From: Octopus bimaculoides
Taxonomy: Eukaryota
NCBI RefSeq assembly: GCF_001194135.2
Contig: NC_068991.1
Span: 44,849,004 to 44,912,697, forward strand
Reading direction: 5' to 3'
DNA: 63,694 nucleotides
This document shows positions 24,729 through 37,879 of this stretch, piece after piece. Each line of letters starts with the position of its first letter. Within the stretch, counting starts at the first letter, position 1. The translations under genes were made by a program, and so were the position numbers. The notes below the pieces were generated by a model. That model saw nothing but the letters and a program-made list of their open reading frames with translations, was not told the DNA's origin and ran no database searches.

Positions 24729-25145
24729 GTAAGTGGATTGACTAAATCCATTTCAAGAAACTCTCCTAATTTATTAGCATTATGCGCAACTATAGTTTAA
24801 ACCAAGTTTCTCATGCGGAATAGGCAAGTTCAACCATGTGTCTGTTAAATAATCTACAATTACTTGATGGTGAGAAATGCTTGTTTAGAGTCATGAAAAA
24901 TTTACCTGGTATATTGGTGGCTATTCGGGTCCCGTATGGAGCATTGTACCATGTCACCTGCATCGAACAAGCTCCCTGCTATCTAGGATTAATATTAAAG
25001 TTACTACTTCTTAATATATCCCCATGTATGCAGTTATAAGTAAAGATGTGAGGGGACCCGTATTTACCCTTTGAGTTTGATTCGTTCAAAGTTTGTTGTA
25101 TTTCTATTGCAATATTTTTGTTCTTTCTGTTATAAGTACTACCGT

Positions 25146-25529
25146 GGAGGCGCAATGGCCCAGTGGTTAGGGCAGCGGACTCGCGGTCATAGGATCGCGG
25201 TTTCGATTCCTAGACCGGGCATTGTGAGTGCTTATTGAGCGAAAACACCTAAAACTCCACGAGACTCTGGCAGGGGATGGTGGCGAACCCTGCTGTACAC
25301 TTTCACCACAACTTTCTCTCTCTTACTTCCTGTTTCTGTTGTGCCTGTAATTCAAAGAGTCAGCCTTGTCACACTGTGTCACGCTGAATATTTCCGAGAT
25401 CTACGTTAAGGGTACACGTGTCTGTGGAGTGCTCAGCCATTTGCACGTTAATTTCACGAGCAGGCTGTTCCGCTGATCGGATCAACTGGAACCCTTGACG
25501 TCGTAAGCGATGGAGTGCCAACAACAACA
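25146..25529 (+). mobile_element. tRNA-derived SINE family C, full-length with (CAA)n tail
   Basis: A box TGGCCCAGTGGTT, B box GGTTTCGATTCC, 3' tail shared with 7797-7960, ending CCAACAACAACA. Confidence 0.85.
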
Positions 25530-26181
25530 TATAAGTACTACCAATATTATCGTATATATTACCATCCATACCATTGTCACTATTATTATAATTACTACTA
25601 TCAATATTATCATTATTATTATCTCTATTATACTGTCTTAAACTGACAATTACAATTCCTAAGTAAGTATGCAGACATATCTCTCTACATTTTACACTGG
25701 TCAAATAGTTTTAGGTTTAATACTATCTGTCTCCCTTAAAATGTTATCTATTCCAAGCAGTGCGGTGCAACTTTGTTGAAGATGGAATGGTGTTAAACTT
25801 CTCAATCTCTGTAGTATCTGCATCGAGCAAGCATGGGAGCCATGGATATGCTTGATTATTATGTTGTAGAATTATGTAACAAGAAAGAGCATATGAAACG
25901 TGCGTTAGAGGATTAAAATGTATATTTCTCACTTCTTTGATGCTTTTCTACTATATTCTGAGACCTTATACTGAATTTATTCTGTGCATTAACTTTGAAC
26001 TTGCAGATTGAACAGGCAACGAAAAAATAAATCTCCATACATGAATTACGATAGTCAAGTTTGATCCCTGTAGAATGTATACAAAACATTTGCCTGAATT
26101 TTAAATCACTTTTTTTCTCTGAATTCACACACACACACACACACACTAACACAGACACACGCACACGCACGCACTCGCACG

Positions 26182-26224
<43 letters not shown>

Positions 26225-26227
26225 AAA

Positions 26228-26372
26228 CACAGGTAAGAAGCTTGCTCCTCACCCACATGGCTCCGTGTTCACCCCCACTGTGTGACACCTTGGGTAAGTG
26301 TCTTCTACTATAACCTGGGGCCGACCAAAGCCTTATGAATGGATTTCGTAGACGTAAACTGAAAGAAGCCCG

Positions 26373-26429
<57 letters not shown>

Positions 26430-26610
26430 TGTGCCCCCCCCCACTTGACAACTTGTGTTATATGTTTACGCCTCCGTTACTTAGCAAAAGAGACCGATAA
26501 AATGAGTACTAGTCTTTGAAAAATAAGCCCTGGTGGCGATTGGTTTGACTATAACCCTTAGGGTCCTCCAGCATGGCCGCAATCAACTGATTGAAACAAG
26601 TAAAGGAATA
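26228..26610 (+). mobile_element. SINE family A, full-length with internal (TA)n
   Basis: Head, CACCTTGGGTAAGTGTCTTCTACTATA core, (TA)n and 3' half ending GAAACAAGTAAAGGAATAAAG; collinear with the reverse complement of 61228-61635. Confidence 0.8.
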
Positions 26611-26619
26611 AAGCGAAGG

Positions 26620-27005
26620 CGTGACTATGTGATTAAAATTTTTCTTCCCAACCACATGCTTCTAGGTTCGGTTTCATTGTGGAACCTTGGTCAGGATGTC
26701 TTATACCATAGCTCCGGGTCGACCAAATCTTTGTGAGTGGATTTGGTGAATGGAACATGAAAGAAGCCTGTCATATATATATATAATATATGTCTGTGTG
26801 TCTTGGTGTTTGTGTTGTCCTTCCACCTCTTCACAACCGTTGTAGGTATGTTTATATCCCTTTAACTTACCAATTTGGCAACAAAATCTAAATAGAATAT
26901 GTGCCAGACGAAGGAAAAAGTAGTGGAGTCGATTTGTTTGACTAAAACCCTTTAAGGTGGTGACCCATCATAGCCACAGCCTATAACTGGAAGAAGTAAA
27001 AGCTA
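26620..27005 (+). mobile_element. SINE family A, second more diverged tandem copy
   Basis: CCAACCACATG...GAACCTTGGTCAGGATGTCTTATACCATAG...GAAAGAAGCCTGTC...GGAGTCGATTTGTTTGACTAAAA...AAGTAAAAG. Confidence 0.7.
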
Positions 27006-27060
27006 AAACACACATACACACACAATCACACACACACACATTTATACATACATATATATT

Positions 27061-27295
27061 ACGTGATTGACCAGATTATCGAATGTTGTTACACAAAGCT
27101 GGTCACAATACCCTTTGCATCGTTTTAACTTTTGAATGATGCCGCTTTGCTGGCTACGCGAGCAAGCTAATATTTTCCCTATCGGAAGTCTAGTCTCTTG
27201 CAGGGTTACCCTTTTACAGCTGAGTGTACTGGAGCAAAGCGAAATGTAGTGCTTTGCTCAAGAACACAACTTACCGCTCGGCTCGGGAATTGAAA
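27061..27295 (-). mobile_element. SINE family D
   Basis: Reverse complement aligns to 63130-63370 (TTGTGTTCTTGAGCAAAGCAC...CAGCTGTAAAAGGGTAACCCTGCA...AAAACGATGCA...AACAACATTCGATA). Confidence 0.7.
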
Positions 27296-27374
27296 GCATA
27301 TATAGATATATATATATACATACACATAACCTTAGAGTCTAACGTACAGTCCTCCAGTACACATCCCCTTTTGC

Positions 27375-27490
27375 CTTTCTCTGCATTTTTCTTTCTTCGC
27401 TCTCACATTGTGAAGAAGAGCTTAAACTCGAAACGTCAAGGTGATTTCTACTTTCTTTCCTTTCACCGAGCGTCAAACTAAAGATAACAT
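27375..27490 (+). mobile_element. Penelope-like terminal-repeat fragment with degenerate hammerhead motif
   Basis: CACATT-GTGAAGA-A-GAG-CTTAAA-CTC-GAAA-C-GTC-AAGGTG at 27404-27443, followed by CCGAGCGTCAAACTAA. Confidence 0.55.
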
Positions 27491-27583
27491 GTTGTTAATG
27501 CTTAGCTTGGCATATATTTGTACAAACATGCATATATTCGAGTGTTGCATAAGTAAAAATGTGTATAAAGTGTATATATATAT

Positions 27584-28543
27584 NNNNNNNNNNNNNNNNN
27601 NNNNNNNNNNNNNNNNNNNNNNNNNNNNNNNNNNNNNNNNNNNNNNNNNNNNNNNNNNNNNNNNNNNNNNNNNNNNNNNNNNNNNNNNNNNNNNNNNNNN
27701 NNNNNNNNNNNNNNNNNNNNNNNNNNNNNNNNNNNNNNNNNNNNNNNNNNNNNNNNNNNNNNNNNNNNNNNNNNNNNNNNNNNNNNNNNNNNNNNNNNNN
27801 NNNNNNNNNNNNNNNNNNNNNNNNNNNNNNNNNNNNNNNNNNNNNNNNNNNNNNNNNNNNNNNNNNNNNNNNNNNNNNNNNNNNNNNNNNNNNNNNNNNN
27901 NNNNNNNNNNNNNNNNNNNNNNNNNNNNNNNNNNNNNNNNNNNNNNNNNNNNNNNNNNNNNNNNNNNNNNNNNNNNNNNNNNNNNNNNNNNNNNNNNNNN
28001 NNNNNNNNNNNNNNNNNNNNNNNNNNNNNNNNNNNNNNNNNNNNNNNNNNNNNNNNNNNNNNNNNNNNNNNNNNNNNNNNNNNNNNNNNNNNNNNNNNNN
28101 NNNNNNNNNNNNNNNNNNNNNNNNNNNNNNNNNNNNNNNNNNNNNNNNNNNNNNNNNNNNNNNNNNNNNNNNNNNNNNNNNNNNNNNNNNNNNNNNNNNN
28201 NNNNNNNNNNNNNNNNNNNNNNNNNNNNNNNNNNNNNNNNNNNNNNNNNNNNNNNNNNNNNNNNNNNNNNNNNNNNNNNNNNNNNNNNNNNNNNNNNNNN
28301 NNNNNNNNNNNNNNNNNNNNNNNNNNNNNNNNNNNNNNNNNNNNNNNNNNNNNNNNNNNNNNNNNNNNNNNNNNNNNNNNNNNNNNNNNNNNNNNNNNNN
28401 NNNNNNNNNNNNNNNNNNNNNNNNNNNNNNNNNNNNNNNNNNNNNNNNNNNNNNNNNNNNNNNNNNNNNNNNNNNNNNNNNNNNNNNNNNNNNNNNNNNN
28501 NNNNNNNNNNNNNNNNNNNNNNNNNNNNNNNNNNNNNNNNNNN
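27584..28543. other. Assembly gap (largest of many; others include 4590-5387 and 41635-42316)
   Basis: N run. Most gaps are flanked by (TA)n, (CA)n or (CT)n, consistent with assembly breaks at microsatellites. Confidence 0.99.
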
Positions 28544-28589
28544 ATATTCAATATTTATATGTATTTGTAAATAGATATGAAAATATTTG

Positions 28590-28627
<38 letters not shown>

Positions 28628-30908
28628 GCGCTCGCATGTATACTTCATGCACATCTATAAATCAGACATGTTGTGTATATCTATATTAATGTATATTCCA
28701 AAGCAACTGCTAACATTCACCTCACTCGACATGAATAAAAAGAAGATATGAAAATAATCAGAAGTGTAAGTATTAGAAGTATTTGTCGAAGAAGTATTTC
28801 CGAAAATGGGATTATAATATCGTCAACCGCTTAGATTGTATATTGGAGGATCTGTATAGAGAGATATCTATGCAACGCTGTTGAGTGTAAGGCATAACTA
28901 GTAGTTGGTAACGGCCATTTTCAATTGATGAGCTGAAATTCTGTTCATGATCTAACTAGCTGGAAATATCCATATATCTGTTATATTAATACAGTAACAA
29001 AAAGGAAAAAAATAAATAAAGTCTATTCTTATCCGCATCAGACACTGGATTGAATATAGTATTGAGAAAGAATATCCATACAACCATATACATACATACA
29101 TACATACATACATACACACACACTCACACACACACACACATATATATGTATTTATATATGTATATGTATGTATATGTATATATATATATATATATATAGA
29201 TANNNNNNNNNNNNNNNNNNNNATATATATATATTTATATACTCATATCCGTTTAGATGTATATTGCAGAAGGGTGAAATGACTTTAAAATTAGAATTTG
29301 TTCTCGAATGTTTCATGTCGTTAGTTTCCGTTTTTATATTATGCAATTTTCCAACTTTATCCTCTGACTACAATATCTTCCCTTCTCTCCTTTCCTTAGT
29401 AAAACATAACTAAATACATTTCACCCCCATATACACACACAATCATACACACATACACACATGGGTACACGCGTACATACACACATATATTATGTGGTAA
29501 ATATTTATAGTTTCTGCATATCTGTGTTCACATACAGAATGGTAATGCAACAAAATACCGCTAACCTAATGCAATCCGACGCTTCATTGTTTATACTTAA
29601 ACCGGTTAATAAGCATAATTTATGCATATTCCATGGATGGTAGAAAAGAGTTTGTGATATTCACCCCGGTACTCAAGATATTAATGTACTATGTGGTTTT
29701 TTAAGTAAAACTCTAAAAAATTTAACGATGATGTTATGAAAAATTATTGTATAAAATAGAGTTACACTGAAATATGAGTAAGTTCAAAAATAAATACGAT
29801 AGAATAGTGGACTGTAATTATGCAATCACACGCACGCGCACACACACATAAATGTTTGTATAGGCGTATGTGCATGCCTGAGTATTTGTTTACATATGTA
29901 TGTATGTGTGTGTGTGTAAGAGACATTTACACACAAATATATACATACACACGTATACATGAAAGAATACTTAACTACATGATTTAACTATCATTTTTCC
30001 TGTCTTTACACACACACAAACAGAGAAAGGTAGAAGTGTATAACAGCTATATTTCAAATGTATCATGTCTTCTGAATATTAAATAGTTAGATGTTGTTCG
30101 ATCGATTTTCTCTTTCTCTCTCTCTCTCTTTCTCTCTATTTCACTCTCTATCTGTCTGTTTGTCTGTCTATCTATTTCTACGTATATAATGATATACTAT
30201 GATTTAATACAGACACACACACACACATATATGTATATAGATAGATAGATAAATAGATACAAAACGATGTAAAATTAGTATCTGGTTTCATGCCAGTGCT
30301 TCGTACATATGACATCATCGGTTTTTTTTTGTTTAAAAATCTCATTGTTAAAATGTACATGCGCGAGAATCGTCGAGAATTATCGAGAAAAGATGTAGAG
30401 AAAGGAGTAAAACGAGAGAAAACAGAAATGAACAAAGTGAAAATATAAATGCCATTAAAAAGAAAACGAAAAATTGCTGTACAAGGAATGAAAATGAAGG
30501 TATAAAATATGAAAGAAATCATGAATGAAATAAGAAAGAACCACATAGAAATTAAACCAGGATTTTTCTAGCATTGTGTTGCGTAATGTCTATATGTGAT
30601 GGAGTGCGTCAGTATTAGAGTGTGTGAGCAAAATTAGTATGTGAGAAGAAACGGATAATAAAGTCGGAAACATCGAGAGATTTACATGATAGGAGTGCTG
30701 AAGATAGAATGAATTTATTGATTTAGATCAATTAGAAAATTTTCTGGCTTCTCCCACCTCATTTTTTTCTATCTCACCACTTCCACAATTTCTCTTTTAC
30801 GTACCATGACAAGAGACAAATATATTGTACAAATGGAGTAGACATTCTCATCCTCAACAAATGAACGACAGCATGCACGTACACGCACGCACACACACAC
30901 ACACACAC

Positions 30909-30982
<74 letters not shown>

Positions 30983-31029
30983 GTAGACAAGACAACGAGG
31001 GAGCCTCTACCTGGTCTTCTACTTTACTA

Positions 31030-31205
31030 GAGAAAGCAGCCAAATCACCTTTAAATCATACCCGACTACGTTATTGGAAGAATACATTAAACAATGTGAC
31101 ATTGGATGTACTTAAAGAATGGATGGTCACAGTTGAAATACTTTCCACCTCAGGCCTGTTCGATCAGGGCTGGCTGTAGCTAAGCAATAGCAATAATAGC
31201 AGTAA
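31030..31205 (+). mobile_element. Diverged short interspersed repeat family E
   Basis: GAAAGCAGCCAAATCACCTTTAAATCA...GATGGTCACAGTTGAAAT...GGCCTGTTCGATCAGGGCTG, ending in a GCAATAGCAATAATAGCAG tail. Confidence 0.5.
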
Positions 31206-31274
31206 TGTAATATTTTATGTATAAATTCACCACCATTCCCTGACTCGACGCATCTCTCCTATGATACCCGTACC

Positions 31275-31309
<35 letters not shown>

Positions 31310-31319
31310 NNNNNNNNNN

Positions 31320-31357
<38 letters not shown>

Positions 31358-31499
31358 GTGTACACTTACCAACATAGTACATATATATGTATATATATAT
31401 ATATATGCATATACATACATACGTACATGCATATATATATATATATAAATATGCATATAGATACATACGTACACACACATATATATATAAATATGCATA

Positions 31500-31563
<64 letters not shown>

Positions 31564-31740
31564 TAAAAGGGTAAAGGATTATCAATTTATTAATTTATTA
31601 ATAAATTAACAATTAATAATTTTTACCAAGCCCTTCGGTATGTAAGCACCATTATCGGTGAGGAACTTATTTAAAAGTTCTTATACATTTATAAACATAA
31701 TTAAGGGATCAGCAACAGTTGCTTCACCACATACCGAAGT

Positions 31741-32012
31741 TCAGAAATAGCAGCTAAAATGCTGAAACTCCAACAGATAGCATTACCTGTAACTAGGTGA
31801 TAGCTGGACCTGTTAGAAAATGTAGCTAAATTTGCCCCATATTACTACTGTGTTGTAAAGAAAAGAGACATATTGGATATACCGCAGTCGAAGACATACA
31901 AATGCCAGAAAAAAATGTACATGTTAGTCATGGCTGGAATGTTTTTTATCCTAGTTCTGCTGAATGATAATTCATTTGAATTTATTAACTAAACAGCAAC
32001 AATACTAATAAG
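31741..32012 (+). mobile_element. Repeat family E copy with duplicated head
   Basis: GAAATAGCAGCTAAA and CCTGTTAGAAAATGTAGCTAAATT, GTCATGGCTGGAATGTTTT, tail AAACAGCAACAATAC. Confidence 0.5.
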
Positions 32013-32784
32013 AACATCGACGATCAATGAAATAGTGGTGAACATATTAAACGCACGACAAGCAATCAAGGAATGAAATTATTCCATATCTTATGAGTTT
32101 ACTTCTGTTTGTTTCCTATGTATGTATGTATGTATGTATGTATGTATGTATGTATGTATGTATGTATGTATGTATGTATCTATCTATCACGTTCATCCAT
32201 ATATATATATATATTGATGTCATATATATACATACCTCTATACATATTTATGTATATATTCATCTATATACATATCTATGTATATAGATTCACACACGCG
32301 CGCTCACACACTCATATGCATCTATATATGCATACATACGTACATTTACACACAAATACACACTCATATATGAGGCCACAACAACTGTATGGAAAATAAG
32401 CAGAGTAAATTTCAAGGTGAAGGAGTGGTCAAAGCAAAATCAAAGACTTCGTTACTCAACTAATAACTAATAACGTTCTTTGCAGCAATCTCTAAAGTCT
32501 CCACGTAGTCCAGAAATATGGTAGTGTGTGGTGGTGGTGCGGGGAAGGGATTTGAGAAGCGCAGGATCTTCCAGATCTTTAGAAATATCCTTGCCAGTCG
32601 ATGAATTATGGACTTGCCTATACCGACTGATAACCTCTCTGTGATTTTTTCCGAAATGCGAAAGTTGTCAGTTTATTAATAACATTAGTAATCTAACAAA
32701 CATTATATAACAGATATTTGAGAAAAAACTCGTTATAGTCTTTCCGTTTAGTTAGAAGGCAAAAGGAATTACTAGCAATGTCGG

Positions 32785-32975
32785 TTTCAAACTTTGGTAC
32801 AAGGCCAGGAATTTCAGGGTAAGTCGATTTCTCGACCCCAGTCATCAACTGGTCATTATTTCATCAATTCCGAAAGAATGAAAGGCAAAGTCGACCTCAG
32901 CGCATTTTGAATTCAGAACGTAAAGACGGACGAAATACCGCTAAGCATTTTGAATTACTGACAATATCGGCATCT
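32785..32975 (-). mobile_element. SINE family B
   Basis: GAAAGAATGAAAGGCAAAGTCGACC...GAATTCAGAACGTAAAGACGGACGAAATACCGCTAAGC, nearly identical to the 51150-51225 segment. Confidence 0.8.
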
Positions 32976-33008
32976 GTTATGTTAATTTCTCTGTGTTGAT
33001 TGTAGATT

Positions 33009-33032
33009 GTAGTAGTAGTAGTAGTAGTAGTG

Positions 33033-33064
<32 letters not shown>
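33009..33064. repeat. (GTA)n trinucleotide microsatellite
   Basis: Directly visible. Confidence 0.95.
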
Positions 33065-33279
33065 TTCCAATTGCACACAAACACATAGACAATTATTTTA
33101 TTCTTGTGCTTACAAACACTCCCACGCACACAATTAGCCATTTGGCATTTGAGCGATCCTTCTTTAACCATAAATACATACATACATACATACATGCATA
33201 CATACATACATACATAGGTATGTGTGTGTATCTATTCTACCTACCTACCTACCTACCTACCTACCTACCTACCTACCTG

Positions 33280-33326
<47 letters not shown>

Positions 33327-33338
33327 ACTATACCTACT

Positions 33339-33369
<31 letters not shown>

Positions 33370-33636
33370 ATATATATATGTATATTTGTATATATTACAG
33401 TCATCTATCGTATGTCTATATATATATATATGCATATACATTATACACACACATTTACACAGGTATATGTAAGTGTTCACCCATACATACTACACATATT
33501 TTCTTGCTCAAATTGTTTTTTTACAATATCTAATATGATTTTTTATACACATGATATGCATATGCGCACTCACACATTCACACACGCTCCCCTCCCACAC
33601 AGATCTACACAACCCACATCGAGGGAGAGGAAGAGA

Positions 33637-33722
<86 letters not shown>

Positions 33723-33974
33723 AGAAGAAAAGAGTAAGAAAATATTTCAAATGTCAACCTGTGTATGTATGTGCACGCGCGCGTATATCTCTCTGAACAT
33801 GATTCTGCATGCTCCCCTGTACGTTTGTGTTGTGAAATGCACGTGAAAATGCTGTGTTCTGAGCAAATTTTGGGCCATTAATTTTCTCATTTTATTTCAT
33901 ATAACTTGTATTGTTTAACAATAGTATCAACAAATTAATCTACCACTAGCAAAGCAGGTGACTTCTATTTTGTT

Positions 33975-34400
33975 ATTGGACCTGTTAGAAACAGCAGGCA
34001 AATCTTCCTCAAAGCACGCCCACCTACCTTAGAAAAGATTGTATCGAATAATATGACTAAGATTGTGGATTCCTTGTTCAGAGAAAAAAGACAGAGTGGT
34101 CATCGATGGATTGCCTCTAACCACTGATCTGCTCAATCAAGACTGATCATCATGCTAAGCGACAATGCAAATATTATCCCAATAACGTGTTAGCATGGAG
34201 ACTTCAACGTGGTTATTTGATATGCCAAAAAATAACGTCCAATTCTCCCTCAAATTTCATTTTACTGTCTTAAAAACTGAAAGAAAGCATTGTAAACATG
34301 CAGTACTTAACATACTAAGTCAAGATGGTTGCGGCTTGGGCTAAACAAAACCAACAAGTTTCTCCCGCTTTTTTGATCGAGAAACAGCAACAGTAACAAA
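33975..34400 (+). mobile_element. Two adjacent repeat family E copies
   Basis: GGACCTGTTAGAAACAGCAGGCAAATCTTCCTCAAA at about 33980 and CCAATTCTCCCTCAAATTTCATTTTACTGTCTTAAAAA at about 34240; each ends in a CAA/CAG-rich tail. Confidence 0.45.
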
Positions 34401-34497
34401 GCGACAAGACACCTAACCATGAAGTACATTTGACACAACTGACGTTGCTCAGATTATTGATGCATTAGTAGTTATTTTGATAATGAAGTTCTGTATT

Positions 34498-34590
34498 CTG
34501 ATGATGATGATGATGATGATGACGACGACGACGACGACGATGATGATGATGATGATAATGATGAAGATTGAATGGTGATGATGGTGGTAG
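34498..34590. repeat. Compound (GAT)n(GAC)n(GAT)n microsatellite
   Basis: Directly visible. Confidence 0.95.
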
Positions 34591-35479
34591 CTGAGAAATG
34601 AAAAAAAATTGTCCGCCTTGGTGGAATTTGACCTTAGAAATACAAAAGGGCATATTTAGATACTGCAAGGCATTTAAGCTCATATTCTACTGTCTGTGCC
34701 AACCCCAACTCTAAAATTATATTCTATCGATCTAGAAGCATATGACATGAACTTGACACCGGCATGTTCAGAACTTAGAATGTAAAAATCGTATCCAAAT
34801 TCCGGAAGAGGTTTTCTATGCCCATCTAACGGCTCTAACATTGGATATTATCATTAGAAAATCTAACGTGATTGTAAGTAAAATTACGTACACGTAATTA
34901 GTTTTATCATATAGATTCCAGAAATAGGCATGAGACCCTGAAGAATGACTAACTAGTCATTCGCTTACTGCAATAAAACCTGAGCCAAATCTAAGCTATT
35001 AATGAAAAATGTTTACCGGTGTCACCAAATACAACATTTAGTATTCACAACCAATAATAAAGAATTTGGAGCAATGTTGTGTGCTTCTGTTATGACTGAG
35101 ACTTATCAGAATGTATTTTTGATACATTGATAACAGGGCTGTGAATTAAAGAATCATTGAAGTACCGAGCCTATTTCCTCTGGTGTTTAGTTACATCTCT
35201 TTATATTCTGAGCTCGGATCATGACGATGTTACTTTTCACCCTACCGGAGTCGTTATAGTAAGCACCTTTCAAGCAATACAACTAATTTGGAGTAATCAG
35301 TGTACACCATCATTTTATGTTGCACAAATGGTTTTTATGAGATAAAAGTATATGCTCATTGATGTATTATCAGTTTAATCATTAATTACCACATTATTTT
35401 AGGTAACTAATCATTTATGTGAAGATTGATTTCTTTTGAACGTGTCTGCGCGTGCTCACACACATATCCTACAGAGAAA

Positions 35480-35722
35480 GATTCTGTCGAGTAATGGCAG
35501 AAAAAATTTCCCGTCAACCACATTTATTTACTAAAAAGACACATCGGATAATGTAGTCCGTGGTATACAACTCCTGACGAAAAAGAAATTAAAAAAATGA
35601 AAGATGGAAGAGATTGAAGGACTAGGAGCTACGTTTGGACATCTCTGATTACAGGTCTGCTGGACCAGGGCTATCGTGGCTGTTCTAGGACGACAGCAAC
35701 AACAGTAATACCAGCAACATGT
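35480..35722 (+). mobile_element. Repeat family E copy
   Basis: ACACATCGGATAATGTAGTCC...ACAGGTCTGCTGGACCAGGGCT, tail GACAGCAACAACAGTAATACCAGCAACA. Confidence 0.5.
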
Positions 35723-35929
35723 AATTTAAAGATATCTGCATTATTATTATCATTAGAGAGAAGTTGTTGGAGGAAGGCTGCTGAATAAGAGGTTTGAGGG
35801 TCTTTAACAAAAAGCAGATCTATTGGAATCCCACTGTGTGATCAATGGCATGTGGTGTTTTGCCTTATTTCTGTGACTCTTATTCCCGAATAACTGACAA
35901 CCAAATGAAGCTTATATTTTTCTTTTAAC

Positions 35930-37700
35930 TCCGTTTGGGTCAAAAAAGAAAATTTTACTATTCATAGTCAATGTAGAGGTAGGCGAAAGGCTTTTTGCCG
36001 GTTTGCTCTCAATATAGGCGTATTTAGGTATGAGTCTTGGGATTGTTATGAATATACTTTGGTACCACTTTAAAAGTTTCTCAAGTTATGTTGTTATAAT
36101 GTTAAAATGGAAAATTGGCAGAATCCTTACAGCATTAATTAATTCTCTGAGGTCTGAGTTCAGATCAACTTTGCATTTCACTCTTTCAGAGTATATAAAG
36201 CACCAGTCTAATAATACTGGACAAGATTTTCTCTCTCTCGTCTCCCTCTATCTCTCTCTGTACTATACCTCTAAATCAAAGTATCCAGTTTGCCAATTTG
36301 TGTCAGAAAGATTCCACCTGAAAATTACCTTAGGGACATACATATCTGTAGCACAAACATCTGTTTTAACATTAATTTCAGAAGTACGAATTCAATTGGT
36401 TGAAAAAACTAAACGCTTGTCGTCGAGACCTACGGAAAATTCACCGTTATAATGCTAGATGTGGCCTATTGGAGGTTGTAACACTGCCCAAGAATAATGA
36501 ATATTATTCCCATAACTATAGAGTGGAACTGAGTTGAGGAACATTGTGAGAATGGTTGCTTCAGACGGTTGGTATTTTTCGCTTGCAATGTTATTTTAGT
36601 GACCCTACCGAAAAGAAAAGCAGCCTTCCAAAACATAGTTTTTGTTTTGTTACCACATTGTTGTAACTCAAAGGAAACTATGAAAGGAATTAACTGATAT
36701 ATTTTGCCTGTGATGTAACACAAGTGAATGCAAATATTCGGAGAAGCAAAGGGTGCTATTATATTATTGGCTGTTGATTGACAGCATATCAAATCCCCTA
36801 GTTCATTTTGAATTAGTGTGAGAGCTTCAACATGGTCTGTCGGCTGTTGAAAATTGCTATCAGATTTCCCTCAAATTATATTACTATGTCTTCAAAAATG
36901 GCGCATTGGCGTATATAATTCGAAATATATGCTAGAAAAAGTATTGGATAGCTATAGTTGAAGTGACTGAGCTCTGTCAGGATTGGCATGGACTTAAACA
37001 ATAACAGCAGCAGCAGTAGCAGCAGCAACAACAACAACAACAACAACTGCAGCAGCAGAAACAACAATAAATATAACAGCAGCTTGGATCATGGTTGATC
37101 CAAATTAAACCGCTAATATATTTGACCTACACCATACACAACAAGCAATACATAATATATTGTATATAACAAACTCCAGAGTTGTCAATATGTCAATATT
37201 GTTGGCACGCAAGATGACGGAGAAATCAGTGGATTTATTAAAGTATTTTTCAATAAAGTGGGTCTCAGCAGACGAGTCAAAAGAAGGGCAGGAAGTCAAA
37301 TAATGGTAGTGAAGTTGAAGGAAAGGAAAAGTCAAGGTATGTAGTTAGAGAGCTGTTGGTGTGTAGTCCCATACCCAGTCACTCTGATTGTGTTCCAGAA
37401 GCGTTCCAACTGGCATACTATAAGTTGATCAGTTGGGATGGTAGGTTCTGATTTTAAGGAAATTTGGCTACCGTTTCTAACATACCTTAACGGTAACTTG
37501 CAGGATCTTCCTTGTTGGCACATGGAGATGATTTTGGTAGGATTTCTATGGAATTTACTCTGGATACGGACGATTCCTGAAAGGGCACTGCTGAGGTTTG
37601 TGAAAATGTGAACAAAATTGGAGACTTGAAGCATATGAGAGCCCAAACAAATTCTTCTTGAACATTCAAAGAAAGATATTTCACACGTTTCCAATCTCAT
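35930..37700 (-). mobile_element. Second R4/Dong-like LINE relic, interrupted by a family E copy (36845-37085) with (CAG/CAA)n tail
   Basis: Minus-strand fragments RIQSKFHRNPTKII...PT...LERFWNTI (pre-RT region), SELRPQRIN..AVRILPIFHFNII and HNNPKTHT*IRLY parallel R4 motifs and the relic at 10140-11530. Confidence 0.55.
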
Positions 37701-37879
37701 TTACATTTGATTATGTCAAATAATAATAATAAAAAAAAAACCTTTGCGGCATTTTTGTACATTCCAAATACTCGATTATAATCGAAGTTAAAATGAAACA
37801 AATTCACAAAATCATTAGTATATGAAAGCATTTCAAATCATCATTTTGTACTCCATGTTTCCAAAAAGTATTTTTTCAG

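Noticed and set aside
25146-25220. tRNA-like sequence with A and B boxes (also at 8040-8121 and 63085-63150)
   Set aside because: No complete cloverleaf or acceptor stem, and each continues into a SINE body and tail; these are SINE heads, not tRNA genes.
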